Positions 39,710 to 62,819 of a stretch of DNA of 64,000 bases are shown piece after piece (positions within the stretch are counted from its first letter, which is position 1; each line of letters begins with the position of its first letter). The notes beneath the pieces are model-generated. The model saw only the letters and a list, made by a program, of their open reading frames with translations. It was not told the origin of the DNA and made no database searches. A program made the position numbers and the translations under genes. Location: contig NIVC01000562.1 of NCBI GenBank assembly GCA_002269645.1, positions 1 to 64,000 on the forward strand, read 5' to 3'. Origin of the DNA: Macrostomum lignano (taxonomy: Eukaryota).

Positions 39710-42700
39710 AAATTTCCTCCTTCCTTTAGAAAGCTCCTCCTTCCTTCAGGAAGCTCCTCCTTCCTTCAGAAAGCTCCTCCTTCCTTTAGAAAGCTCCTCC
39801 TTCCTTTAGAAAGCTCTCCTTCCTTCAGAAAGCTCCTCCTTCCTTCAGAAAGCATCTCCTTCCTTTAGAAAGCTCCTCCTTCCTTTAGAAAGCTCTCCTT
39901 CCTTCAGAAAGCTCCTCCTTCCTTCAGAAAGCATCTCCTTCTTTTAAAAAGCTCCTTCTTCCTTCAGTAAGCTCCTCCTTCATAAAGCTCCTCGTTTCCC
40001 TTCAGAAAGCTCCTCCTTCCTTTAGAAAGCTCCTCCTTCCTTCAGAAAGCTCCTCCTTCCTTCAGAAAGCTCCTCCTTCCTTCAAAAAGCATCTCCTTCT
40101 TTTAAAAAGCTCCTCCTTCCTTCAGTAAGCTCCTCCTTCATAAAACTCCTCGTTTCCCTTCAGAAAGCTCCTCCTTCCTTTAGAAAGCTCCTTCCTTTAG
40201 AAAGCTCCTTCCTTTAGAAAGCTCCTCCTTCCTTCAGAAAGCTCCTCCTTCCTTTAGAAAGCTCTCCTTCCTTCAGAAAGCTCCTCCTTCCTTCAGAAAG
40301 CATCTCCTTCTTTTAAAAAGCTCCTCCTTCCTTCAGTAAGCTCCTCCTTCATAAAGCTCCTCGTTTCCCTTCAGAAAGCTCCTCCTTCCTTTAGAAAGCT
40401 CTCCTTCCTTCAGAAAGCTCCTCCTTCCTTCAGAAAGCTCCTCCTTCCTTTAGAAAGCTCCTCCTTCCTTCAGAAAGCATCTCCTTCTTTTAGAAAACTC
40501 CTCCTTCCTTTAGAAAGCTCTCCTTCCTTCAGAAAGCTCCTCCTTCTTTTAAAAAGCTCCTCCTTCCTTCAGTAAGCTCCTCCTTCATAAAACTCCTCGT
40601 TTCCCTTCAGAAAGCTCCTCCTTCCTTTAGAAAGCTCTCCTTCCTTCAGAAAGCTCCTCCTTCCTTCAGAAAGCTCCTCCTTCCTTTAGAAAGCTCCTCC
40701 TTCCTTCAGAAAGCATCTCCTTCCTTTAGAAAGCTCCTCCTTCCTTTAGAAAGCTCTCCTTCCTTTAGAAAGCTCTCCTTCCTTCAGAAAGCTCCTCCTT
40801 CCTTCAGGAAGCTCCTCCTTCCTTTAGAAAGCTCCTCCTTCCTTTAGAAAGCTCTCCTTCCTTCAGAAAGCTCCTCCTTCCTTCAGGAAGCTCCTCCTTC
40901 CTTTAGAAAGCTCCTCCTTCCTTTAGAAAGCTCTCCTTCCTTCAGAAAGCTCCTCCTTCCTTCAGGAAGCTCCTCCTTCCTTTAGAAAGCTCCTCCTTCC
41001 TTTAGAAAGCTCTCCTTCCTTCAGAAAGCTCCTCCTTCCTTCAGAAAGCATCTCCTTCCTTTAGAAAGCTCCTCCTTCCTTTAGAAAGCTCTCCTTCCTT
41101 CAGAAAGCTCCTCCTTCCTTCAGAAAGCATCTCCTTCTTTTAAAAAGCTCCTTCTTCCTTCAGTAAGCTCCTCCTTCATAAAGCTCCTCGTTTCCCTTCA
41201 GAAAGCTCCTCCTTCCTTTAGAAAGCTCCTCCTTCCTTCAGAAAGCTCCTCCTTCCTTCAGAAAGCTCCTCCTTCCTTCAAAAAGCATCTCCTTCTTTTA
41301 AAAAGCTCCTCCTTCCTTCAGTAAGCTCCTCCTTCATAAAACTCCTCGTTTCCCTTCAGAAAGCTCCTCCTTCCTTTAGAAAGCTCCTTCCTTTAGAAAG
41401 CTCCTTCCTTTAGAAAGCTCCTCCTTCCTTCAGAAAGCTCCTCCTTCCTTTAGAAAGCTCTCCTTCCTTCAGAAAGCTCCTCCTTCCTTCAGAAAGCATC
41501 TCCTTCTTTTAAAAAGCTCCTCCTTCCTTCAGTAAGCTCCTCCTTCATAAAGCTCCTCGTTTCCCTTCAGAAAGCTCCTCCTTCCTTTAGAAAGCTCTCC
41601 TTCCTTCAGAAAGCTCCTCCTTCCTTCAGAAAGCTCCTCCTTCCTTTAGAAAGCTCCTCCTTCCTTCAGAAAGCATCTCCTTCTTTTAGAAAGCTCCTCC
41701 TTCCTTTAGAAAGCTCTCCTTCCTTCAGAAAGCTCCTCCTTCTTTTAAAAAGCTCCTCCTTCCTTCAGTAAGCTCCTCCTTCATAAAACTCCTCGTTTCC
41801 CTTCAGAAAGCTCCTCCTTCCTTTAGAAAGCTCTCCTTCCTTCAGAAAGCTCCTCCTTCCTTCAGAAAGCTCCTCCTTCCTTTAGAAAGCTCCTCCTTCC
41901 TTCAGAAAGCATCTCCTTCCTTTAGAAAGCTCCTCCTTCCTTTAGAAAGCTCTCCTTCCTTCAGAAAGCTCCTCCTTCCTTTAGAAAGCTCTCCTTCCTT
42001 CAGAAAGCTCCTCCTTCCTTCAGAAAGCATCTCCTTCCTTTAGAAAGCTCCTCCTTCCTTTAGAAAGCTCTCCTTCCTTCAGAAAGCTCCTCCTTCCTTT
42101 AGAAAGCTCTCCTTCCTTTAGAAAGCTCTCCTTCCTTCAGAAAGCTCCTCCTTCCTTTAGAAAGCTCCTCCTTCCTTTAGAAAGCTCCTTCCTTTAGAAA
42201 GCTCCTTCCTTTAGAAAGCTCCTTCCTTTAGAAAGCTCCTTCCTTTAGAAAGCTCCTCCTTACTTCAGAAAGCTCCTCCTTCCTTTAGAAAGCTCTCCTT
42301 CCTTCAGAAAGCTCCTCCTTCCTTCAGAAAGCATCTCCTTCTTTTAAAAAGCTCCTTCTTCCTTCAGTAAGCTCCTCCTTCATAAAGCTCCTCGTTTCCC
42401 TTCAGAAAGCTCCTCCTTCCTTTAGAAAGCTCCTCCTTCCTTCAGAAAGCTCCTCCTTCCTTCAGAAAGCTCCTCCTTCCTTCAAAAAGCATCTCCTTCT
42501 TTTAAAAAGCTCCTCCTTCCTTCAGTAAGCTCCTCCTTCATAAAACTCCTCGTTTCCCTTCAGAAAGCTCCTCCTTCCTTTAGAAAGCTCCTTCCTTTAG
42601 AAAGCTCCTTCCTTTAGAAAGCTCCTCCTTCCTTCAGAAAGCTCCTCCTTCCTTTAGAAAGCTCTCCTTCCTTCAGAAAGCTCCTCCTTCCTTCAGAAAG

Positions 42701-44330
42701 CATCTCCTTCTTTTAAAAAGCTCCTCCTTCCTTCAGTAAGCTCCTCCTTCATAAAGCTCCTCGTTTCCCTTCAGAAAGCTCCTCCTTCCTTTAGAAAGCT
42801 CTCCTTCCTTCAGAAAGCTCCTCCTTCCTTCAGAAAGCTCCTCCTTCCTTTAGAAAGCTCCTCCTTCCTTCAGAAAGCTCCTCCTTCCTTCAGAAAGCAT
42901 CTCCTTCTTTTAGAAAGCTCCTCCTTCCTTTAGAAAGCTCTCCTTCCTTCAGAAAGCTCCTCCTTCTTTTAAAAAGCTCCTCCTTCCTTCAGTAAGCTCC
43001 TCCTTCATAAAACTCCTCGTTTCCCTTCAGAAAGCTCCTCCTTCCTTTAGAAAGCTCTCCTTCCTTCAGAAAGCTCCTCCTTCCTTCAGAAAGCTCCTCC
43101 TTCCTTTAGAAAGCTCCTCCTTCCTTCAGAAAGCATCTCCTTCCTTTAGAAAGCTCCTCCTTCCTTTAGAAAGCTCTCCTTCCTTCAGAAAGCTCCTCCT
43201 TCCTTTAGAAAGCTCTCCTTCCTTCAGAAAGCTCCTCCTTCCTTTAGAAAGCTCCTCCTTCCTTTAGAAAGCTCCTCCTTCCTTTAGAAAGCTCTCCTTC
43301 CTTCAGAAAGCTCCTCCTTCCTTTAGAAAGCTCTCCTTCCTTTAGAAAGCTCTCCTTCCTTCAGAAAGCTTCTCCTTCCTTTAGAAAGCTCTCCTTCCTT
43401 CAGAAAGCTCCTCCTTCCTTTAGAAAGCTTCTCCTTCCTTTAGAAAGCTCTCCTTCCTTTAGAAAGCTCCTCCTTCCTTTAGAAAGCTCTCCTTCCTTCA
43501 GAAAGCTCCTCCTTCCTTTAGAAAGCTCCTCCTTCCTTTAGAAAGCTCTCCTTCCTTTAGAAAGCTCCTCCTTCCTTTAGAAAGCTCCTCCTTCCTTCAG
43601 AAAGCTTCTCCTTCCTTTAGAAAGCTCTCCTTCCTTCAGAAAGCTCCTCCTTCCTTCAAAAAGCATCTCCTTCTTTTAAAAAGCTCCTTCTTCCTTCAGT
43701 AAGCTCCTCCTTCATAAAGCTCCTCGTTTCCCTTCAGAAAGCTCCTCCTTCCTTTAGAAAGCTCCTTCCTTTAGAAAGCTCCTTCCTTTAGAAAGCTCCT
43801 TCCTTTAGAAAGCTCCTCCTTACTTCAGAAAGCTCCTCCTTCCTTTAGAAAGCTCTCCTTCCTTCAGAAAGCTCCTCCTTCCTTCAGAAAGCATCTCCTT
43901 CTTTAAAAAGCTCCTCCTTCCTTCAGTAAGCTCCTCCTTCCTAGAAGCTCCTCGTTCCTTCAGAAAGCTCCTCCTTCCTTTAGAAAGCTCCTTCCTTTAG
44001 AAAGCTCCTCCTTCCTTCAGTAAGCTCCTCCTTCAAAAGCTCCTCCTTCCTTCAGAAAGCTCCTCCTTCCTTTAGAAAGCTCCTCCTTTAGAAAGCTCCT
44101 CCTTCCTTTAGAAAGCTCCTCCTTCCTTCAGAAAGCTCCTCCTTCCTTTAGAAAGCTCCTCTTTCCTTCAGAAAGCTCCTCCTTCCTTCAGAAAGCTCCT
44201 CCTTCCTTCAGAAAGCATATCCTTCTTTTAGAAAGCTCTCCTTCTTTTAGAAAGCTCCTCCTTCCTTCAGAAAGCATCTCCTTCACTGCAGAAAACTCCT
44301 CGTTTCCATTCAGGAAGCACTTCCTGCGCC
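39710..44330. repeat. 4.6-kb satellite, 19-20-bp unit AGAAAGCTCCTCCTTCCTTY, with ~1.2-kb higher-order structure
   Basis: Seen directly; diagnostic variants recur at ~1.2-kb spacing. Confidence 0.96.
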
Positions 44331-44399
44331 CTGGAAGTGGCGTCCAATTGAAGCGCACCAGCGAACCCCTTGAACGCCCATCTTGCATTTAGTGGGCTG

Positions 44400-44430
44400 A
44401 GATTGGCTGGCGAGACGGGGCGGGGCTGAT
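44400..44430 (+). promoter_or_regulatory. candidate promoter: inverted CCAAT box (GATTGG) plus GC box (GGGGCGGGG)
   Basis: About 100 bp upstream of the GPCR ATG at 44520. Confidence 0.4.
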
Positions 44431-44519
44431 GGAGTAGCATCAATTCATATATTATACGAGCAAGATTAATAATACTCTCCGTGGAAATCCAATTGTTCGC
44501 TAAACTCGATCAAGTCGCA

Positions 44520-54745
<10,226 letters not shown>

Positions 54746-54858
54746 GGCACGCCCCTGAGAATTAATTAGCTCAGCTAAAGAGAATAAAGTGGTGAAACTG
54801 GACGGATGTAGAAATCCTGTAGAAGGGTGAGAAACTCTTTGTTACCTAGAATATCGCC

Positions 54859-55258
54859 TGAAGGCTGGTTTTGCCAGAAAAATGCGCTACGGAGATCGGA
54901 ATTGTTTTCAGAAGCAAATTAAATAATTCTATCTTTCATCAATACAACTCTCTTTGTAGGATTGGGAAATTGTATAAATCTTTATGACTTGGGAATATGT
55001 TTAGATAAAAAATTTCAACATTTTTATTTGGTTCCTTCTTCAATTAAAACCTGTTTATGAAGGTGAATTTACAGAAGCAAAAGTTATTTGCTAAAAATTT
55101 CATTGGCTATTTAAGTAGCCAACTCATTAAAAATTTTATTTTATCTTTAATTTTTTTGCTGCCATAATATAGTAGGAAGTTACAACGGATTCTCAAAGTT
55201 AAAAGTTCATAATGTTCTTTATCTCGGTAGTGTGCTTATCGCACAAAACCAGCCTTCA
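54859..55258. mobile_element. MITE, possibly PIF/Harbinger-like
   Basis: Perfect 15-bp TIR TGAAGGCTGGTTTTG / CAAAACCAGCCTTCA around an AT-rich noncoding core; TSD unresolved. Confidence 0.5.
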
Positions 55259-55879
55259 AAAATTTCCTTTTGCCGCTAGTCGTCCTTGTCCCAGATTTGT
55301 CAGTGCTTTGTTATGATTCAACAATATAGATCGCAACTTTAAACAGCATAGATGAAGATAGTAATTCGATGTGTAAACAGACATTTTTATTGATTATAAA
55401 AACCGCACATTGAAAATCCACATACTAATTTTCTGTAAGACTAAGTGTCGTTCTACATGTACGCTTTTTTATCCCCTCTGAGTAGCTAGAATGAATTCAA
55501 CTCCTGATATTTTAGCACTTGCTGCACTTGACTGTTTGAGCGTAAAATAGATTTTTAGATTTCCCTGTATGCTTCTGCCTAAGGGTTTACTTTTCTAACA
55601 TATTTTATTACATGTACTTTTGTTATGTTTTAGAATAGAAGAAAATGCACTGAGCAAGTTTCAGTATATGGTTTACTACCTTATATTAATATTAATATTT
55701 TGTTCGCACCTGTCAGTTCTGCATCTTTTCAAGTTTTAATCCAATTGTGTTTTATGCGGTAAATAAACAAAATAAACTTTGCACAAGTGTTGTCATTATA
55801 GAAACACACTAAGAGTGCTTGTTTGTAAATAGTGACCTCAGGAACTATTTAAAAAGTTCCTGAGTGACCTGCGTTAATA

Positions 55880-56970
55880 AAGACATGGAGGTTTGGGCAT
55901 TTGGTCATGGAGGTTTGGGTATCTGGTCATGGAGATTCGGGTATCTTTTGGTCATGTAGGTTCGGGTATCTTTTGGTCATGGAAGTTTGGGTATCTTTTG
56001 GTCATGGAGGTTTGGGTATCTTTTGGTCATGGAGGTTTGGGTCTGTTTGGTCATGGAGATTCGGGTATCTTTTGGTCATGTAGGTTTGGGTCTGTTTGGT
56101 CATGGAGATTCGGGTATCTTTTGGTCATGTAGGTTTGGGTATCTTTTGGTCATGTAGGTTTGGGTATCTTTTGGTCATGGAGGTTTGGTAATCTTTTGGT
56201 CATGGAGGTTTGGGTCTGTTTGGTCATGGAGATTCGGGTATCTTTTGGTCATGTAGGTTTGGGTATCTTTTGGTCATGTAGGTTTGGGTATCTTTTGGTC
56301 ATGTAGGTTTGGGTATCTTTTGGTCATGTAGGTTTGGGTATCTTTTGGTCATGTAGGTTTGGGTATCTTTTGGTCATGTAGGTTTGGGTATCTTTTGGTC
56401 ATGTAGGTTTGGGTATCTTTTGGTCATGTAGGTTTGGGTATCTTTTGGTCATGTAGGTTCGGGTATCTTTTGGTCATGTAGGTTCGGGTATCTTTTGGTC
56501 ATGTAGGTTCGGGTATCTTTTGGTCATGTAGGTTCGGGTATCTTTTGGTCATGTAGGTTTGGGTATCTTTTGGTCATGTAGGTTTGGGTATCTTGGTCAT
56601 GGAGGTTTGGGTATCTTTTGGTCATGTAGGTTTGGGTATCTTTTGGTCATGTAGGTTTGGGTATCTTTTTGTCATGTAGGTTTGGGTATCTTGGTCATGG
56701 AGGTTTGGGTATCTTTTGGTCATGTAGGTTTGGGTATCTTTTGGTCATGTAGGTTTGGGTATCTTTTTGTCATGTAGGTTTGGGTATCTTGGTCATGGAG
56801 GTTTGGGTATCTTTTGGTCATGTAGGTTTGGGTATCTTTTGGTCATGTAGGTTTGGGTATCTTTTGGTCATGGAGGTTTGGGTATCTTTTGGTCATGTAG
56901 GTTTGGGTATCTTTTGGTCATGGAGGTTTGGGTATCTTTTGGTCATGTAGGTTTGGGTATCTGGTCATGC
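55880..56970. repeat. minisatellite, 25-bp unit TTTTGGTCATGTAGGTTTGGGTATC
   Basis: Tandem copies seen. Confidence 0.95.
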
Positions 56971-57539
56971 ATAGCTTTCCTAAAGAAGTGAGAGAAGTTT
57001 GTGCTTCAGAACGTGCTTTATTGCTCTTAATCGTCTACTGTGAGTAGCCATCCAGGATTTGCAAATAGTTTTTAATGCTGTTTCCATATAATCGCAGTTT
57101 ACGCTATTCAGGAGCTTTTTCAGCCCTATCATGATCTCTAGGATAGCTCCTAGAAATGATGTAAAAGCATTTAATCTAAATGTGACAGTACAGCTGATGC
57201 TATAGCGAGTAAGGGGCACGCATTTTAGTTGTAGAACTCAAACTGGCCAGCCACTTGCTGCGACACAGTAAGTCCACAGTGCAAGATAAATCTAGAGCAG
57301 AATTAAATCTGACAGTTTCAGGACTTTCGGCCCTGCTGATGGTCAAAATATTTATAATGAGACTAACATTATATACTATAGAGTCCAGTGTCCTGTGTTT
57401 TCCAGCGCAGAGAGTATTTTGATATTAGAGAAGTCTGACTAAATTTTCAACTTCAATTTTTCGAACTTTTGTCTGCTTCTTGCTCAAATATTGACTGCAG
57501 CCGATTAGTGGTGCCAGATTGAAATATCGATGGTGTCAG

Positions 57540-57855
57540 CTAGAGGAATCGAGCTTGGCGGAGGGTGTCAGCTGGAGGAGAGCTTGGCTGAGGGGGTCAG
57601 ATGGAGGAGAGCTTGGCTAAGGAGGTCAGATGGAGGAGAGCTTGGCTGAGGGGTTCAGATGGAGGAGAGCTTGGCTAAGGGTGTCAGCTGGAGGAGAGCT
57701 TGGCTAGGGGGGTCAGATGGAGGAGAGCTTGGCTAGGGGGGTCAGATGGAGGAGAGCTTGGCTAGGGGGGTCAGCTGGAGGAGATCTTGGCTAAGGGTGT
57801 CAGCTGGAGGAGAGCTTGGCTAAGGGTGTCAGCTGGAGGAGAGCTTGGCTAAAGC
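57540..57855. repeat. minisatellite, 29-bp unit GGAGGAGAGCTTGGCTAAGGGGGTCAGCT
   Basis: Tandem copies seen. Confidence 0.92.
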
Positions 57856-58562
57856 GTGGAATCAGTCTGTAACGAAGGCTTACCGGTTCAGCAGGTTCAG
57901 AAATTTTAGCAATGACAGCACGAAAGGCCTAATTGCAATAAATAAGCAAACTTGTCAGCTGAAAATGCAATAAAAAAGATAACTAAGCCTAAAAGTACAT
58001 CGATTGTAGAATACTCATATATAAGTGCAAAGCAAACACACAACATGACAGAGTCATACCCGACAGCGAAATAGTGTGTTTTTCAATCAAACTCTGCTTT
58101 ACAAGACTCTCCTGAACCCCAGGTTTGTCAATCAGAAAGCGGTGGGGAGAATGAGTTGGAATTGACAACAAGTGATATAAATTAACAACAGAGGAAATCT
58201 ATGCACAGACAGGGGCTAAAACGCTCTGGCCTCAATAACAGTGCAGTATAGTATGCCAGTATGCATTAGACCTATTCCATATTGTATTCCGCAGTGCAGG
58301 TCTAAATAGTGTAAGAGAACTGGCACTAGTGTAAGAGAAGCTAAGTAGACAAGCCTTCGACAACACGATACGTTTTCTTCGTAGAAAAATTACAGTGCTC
58401 TCACATTTCCTCTTGTTCACTGACTTGACTGTCTGGGACTCTTAAAAAAAGAGAGGCTTGGGTCTTCTAAGTTCGCAGTTAGCCAATCGATTAAAGCATA
58501 GCAGTAGACTTAATCCAGTAGGTTATGCATATCAGTTTGTACAGGAGCGAGTTAGCTTAAAG

Positions 58563-59222
58563 CAGGGGTCGGCAAACTCCGGTACGCGGGCCATACGCGG
58601 CCCTCAAAGCCTCTCTATCCGGCCCTCAGGTCCTTTGAAACTTCACAATGGCAATCCGGCCCGCTCAAGGTTTGTCTCTGTTCAGCTTTTTCTCTTCTCT
58701 CTCTTCTTTCCCCTCTCCCCTCTCTTCTTTCCCCTCTCCCTTCTCTTCTTTCCCCTCTCCCCTCTCTTCTTTCCCCTCTCCCTTCTCTTCTTTCCCCTCT
58801 CCCTTCTCTTCTTTCCCCTCTCCCTTCTCTTCTTTCCCCTCTCCCTTCTCTTCTTTCCCCTCTCCCTTCTCTTCTTTCCCCTCTCCCTTCTCTTCTTTCC
58901 CCTCTCCCCTCTCTTCTTTCCCCTCTCCCTTCTCTTCTTTCCCCTCTCCCTTCTCTTCTTTCCCCTCTCCCTTCTCTTCTTTCCCCTCTCCCTTCTCTTC
59001 TTTCCCCTCTCCCTTCTTTTTTTTTCTCCCCTCTCTCTTCACTCTCCCCTCTCTTCTCTATCTCTTTTACGACGTATCTTTTCTCTCATCTCATTCCCCG
59101 CCTCTCCTCTCTTCTCTCATTTTTCGTCTTCCATTCTTTTTTCTTTCCACTCTCGTCTGGCCCGCAGACAAGAGCTGCATTCCCTATCTGGCCCTTTAGG
59201 TAAAAAAGTTTGCCGACCCCTG
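58563..59222. mobile_element. hAT (Charlie-like) MITE with an internal 21-bp minisatellite
   Basis: TIR CAGGGGTCGGCAAACT / AGTTTGCCGACCCCTG; 8-bp TSD GCTTAAAG (58555-58562 and 59223-59230). Confidence 0.9.
58690..59030. repeat. minisatellite, 21-bp unit CTCTTCTTTCCCCTCTCCCTT
   Basis: Tandem copies inside the MITE. Confidence 0.93.
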
Positions 59223-59759
59223 GCTTAAAGAGTCTTGTCAGCTGCAAGGCGATCTCGGTGCAAAATAAAAAAACTGAAAGTGCCGGACGCCCACGGACAG
59301 TGCATTGCGCTGAAGTTCAACTGAATCTAATGCGAACTGCTGGAATATTGATATAGATACATGGATACTTGGCCATAAGACTAATAATTAATACAGCAAG
59401 ACAACCAAAGCGCTCCAATGAGACAAGTGAAATGCTTATTATGAATAAGTTTTTATTGAAAAAAGCACGCACAACAAAACGACCCAAACTTCTCTAGTGA
59501 AAAGCTCGGCCGATTGATGTTGCGACTTTTCGCCGTTAAATTAAACATGTATTTTCTAATTCAATTTCGTTCAATTAATCTATCTGATTTAAAATACAGT
59601 TCACAGGCAAAGCATGTTAAAAATAAAATGGCGCAAACAAAATCTTACTTTTTATAGAACGTGAGATCAGAAGATGAAGAAGGAAAACAGCTATAGTGAA
59701 TAGCAGTCTATATTATGGAGGCAGTCTTGGTGGATGAACAGGTGTAGAAAGTTTGAGAG

Positions 59760-60770
59760 ACGAAAGGAGACTGTGAGAGAGGGTGAGAGAGAGGCAGGGA
59801 GGGAGGCAGGGACAGAAGCAGCGAGGCAGGGAGAGAAGCAAGGAGAGAGGCAGGGAGGGAGGCAGGGAGAGGAGCAGGGAAGGAGGCAGGGAGAGAAGCA
59901 AGGAGAGAGGCAGGGAGGGAGGCAGGGAGAGGAGCAGGGAGGCAGGGAGAGAAGCATTGAGGGAGGCAGGGAGAGGATCAGGGAAGCAGGGAGAGGAGCA
60001 GGGAGGCACGGAGAGAGGCAGGGAGAGGAGCAGGGAGGCACGGAGAGAGGCAGGGAGAGGAGCAGGGAGGCAGGGAGGGGAGCAGGGAGGCAGGGAGAGG
60101 AGCAGGGAGGCACAAAGAGAGGCAGGGAGAGGAGCAGGGAGGCAGGGAGAGAAGCAGGGAGGGAGGCAGGGAGAGGAGCAGGGAGGGAGGCAGGGAGAGA
60201 AGCAGGGAGGGAGGCAGGGAGAGAAGCAGGGAGGGAGGCAGGGAGAGAAGCAGGGAGGGAGGCAGGGAGAGAAGCAGGGAGGGAGGCAGGGAGAGGAGCA
60301 GGGAGGGAGGCAGGGAGAGAAGCAGGGAGGGAGGAAGGGAGAGGAGCAGGGAGAGAAGGGAGAGGAGCAGGGAGGGAGGCAGGGAGAGAAGCAGGGAGGG
60401 AGGCAGGGAGAGAAGCAGGGAGGGAGGCAGGGAGAGAAGCAGGGAGGGAGGAAGGGAGAGGAGCAGGGAGGGAGGAAGGGAGAGGAGCAGGGAGGGAGGC
60501 AGGGAGAGAAGCAGGGAGGGAGGCAGGGAGAGAAGCAGGGAGGGAGGCAGGGAGAGAAGCAGGGAGGGAGGAAGGGAGAGGAGCAGGGAGGAAGGGAGAG
60601 GAGCAGGGAGGGAGGCAGGGAGAGAAGCAGGGAGGGAGGCAGGGAGAGAAGCAGGGAGGGAGGCAGGGAGAGAAGCAGGGAGGGAGGCAGGGAGAGAAGC
60701 AGGGAGGGAGGCAGGGAGAGAAGCAGGGAGGGAGGCAGGGAGAGGAGCAGGGAGAGAGGCAGAGAGACTA
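59760..60770. repeat. purine-rich minisatellite, 12/24-bp unit GCAGGGAGGGAGGCAGGGAGAGAA
   Basis: Tandem copies seen. Confidence 0.95.
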
Positions 60771-61309
60771 GAAAGGCAAGAAGTATGTACTCTGGTGTTT
60801 ACTGATAAATTTAGCACAACGAATAAAGAATTAGAATACGAGAAGTTAAATCGGCACAAAAATTAAAATAAAGTTTAAAATAATGTAGACACAAATATAG
60901 CGGCAAAAGGGGAGTTGCTTGTATTTATCTATATAAGTGCATATATACTGATCAGGAGTGATCTGAGGCCGGTTCTGTAGCAAGATATAATATTTTAGCA
61001 TAAAGCAATAGATAATTAAAAGTTCATAGTCGTATATATAGAAATTATCAATAGTAAAGGTGATAATATTGAAACGGACACAATAGGCAAACGTTGGAAT
61101 GCGGGAGGCAGACACTAACGCTTTAAATAAATAATAATAAAATTAACCCCAGTAAAAACAATTAAGTTAAAAATGACAACATCCTGACACACACAGGGAA
61201 AATAATCCAAATAAAATATTAGAAATACTTTCACAGAAAAGTACTTGATAAGCATAGGACACAAGCGAGGCAAATTAATATTAGTAACAATATGTTTACT
61301 AATATACTA

Positions 61310-62054
61310 TAGCATTTTGCAGCCCATTTGGGCTTACGCGCATTGAATTTAATCCAAGATACGTTTGCCAATGTAACGGAGCTCCTGTCTATGGTAGCAA
61401 GGCTGGCGCAGCGGCATTCAATCCGGTCCAAAAAGCATCAATTTGGTCCAAACACTCGTGAGCCATTGGACACTCTTGCCTTCTCTCAACCGTCTGCAGG
61501 TTGTTGCGCACCGCTGGAATGTCAGCGTCTCTACCAGCAATTTTCAGTTGCTTTTCCAGAGCTCTGCTGATAATCAAAATCTGATAACCAACTGGAGCTG
61601 TTCCCTCAACTTCTGCTGCATTTTCTGAAACGTCAACAAAGGGTTCGTCTCCACTGCATCGAGTAGCAGTTGGACCTGAGGCTCTCGAGCAACTTGCCTT
61701 GGCGATTGCCACCCTTTCGCAGGCATTCTCTGCCGGCAGAGTTTCAAGGCGCTGCTGGATGCTGTAAACCACCTTTTCTTTTACATTCAGCAACCTTGCA
61801 ATGTCCTTTGGGTGTTCACCTCCGTTGAGTGCTTCGATCACAAGCCAATGACATTCGTTCAACAGCCTAGCATATGGTCCACAATTCTGGGACTGAGCTG
61901 CAAATGAACTAAATGGACCAAATTGATGCTGGTTGGACCAAATTAAATGCCGCTGCGCCAGCCCTGCTACCATAGACAAAAGCTCCATTACTTTGACAAA
62001 CATATCTTGGATTAAATTCAATGCGCGAAAGCCCAAATGGGCTGCAAAAAGCTA
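61310..62054 (-). mobile_element. internally deleted Tc1-like element with ~140-bp TIRs
   Basis: TA-flanked TIRs TAGCATTTTGCAGCCCATTTGGG...TTTGGTCCA and their inverse. The minus frame keeps the paired-HTH region (IEALNGGEHPKDIARLLNVKEKVVYSIQQR...RALEKQLKIAGRDADIPAVRNNL) but no DDE domain. Confidence 0.72.
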
Positions 62055-62819
62055 TATTATTCTAAATAAAACTGTAACCAACTGTTAGACACACAGGAAA
62101 GCAAAAAGAGATCCTGACTAGACAGAGATTGAAGCCACAGGTTACTAAAAATAATAGATTAAACTCCTCTATGGCAAAGCCTTATCAATCCTGTTCATCT
62201 TTACTTCCTTCCAATTTCAGAATTTTAATATACATCCGGTAATTTATTGTAAAACAAACTGAGAAAAATCGGTGTAAGTTCACTTTTACACACAAATAAA
62301 AATGGCGTTTTATAATTAATTGCACAAACACGCATGGAGTCAGGATTAAAATATAGCCTAAATAAATATGAATATAATATGAGATTACCCACAATAGAAA
62401 AATTTTGGTCAAATATATTAGTCTTATAGTCCCCCTACTGCCTAAAAAGTGAATGCTTTGTATTGCGTGATGGTATGGAAGACTTCTCCACTCTATGGAT
62501 CAAATATTTCCTAACAACAATTCCACATCATCCCTAACAGGCTCTCAATACTAGTAAGTATAATTATTAACTAGTACATAATTATAAATAATAAAAATAA
62601 AACGGAAAGACAGAGCACGACACGTAGCGAATAGAGAAAAAATGGGATCTCCCTCCCACCCGTCTGAGAAATTGCGGTTGTGCGAGCATTTGTAAAATAT
62701 TTTGATCAGTGTTGCATTGCACTTTGATGCAATTTATCAGTCATTTAATTCAAGTTTTGATCATCTCTTGTGAAAGCCTGAAGTGCGCTTACAGACAAGC
62801 TTAGATAGTGGAGTGTACA

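Noticed and set aside
59734-60859. 345-aa REAG-repeat and related ORFs (also 35859-36583, 37851-38701, 47273-48344, 58458-59228, 62783-63208)
   Set aside because: All are translations of mini- or microsatellites
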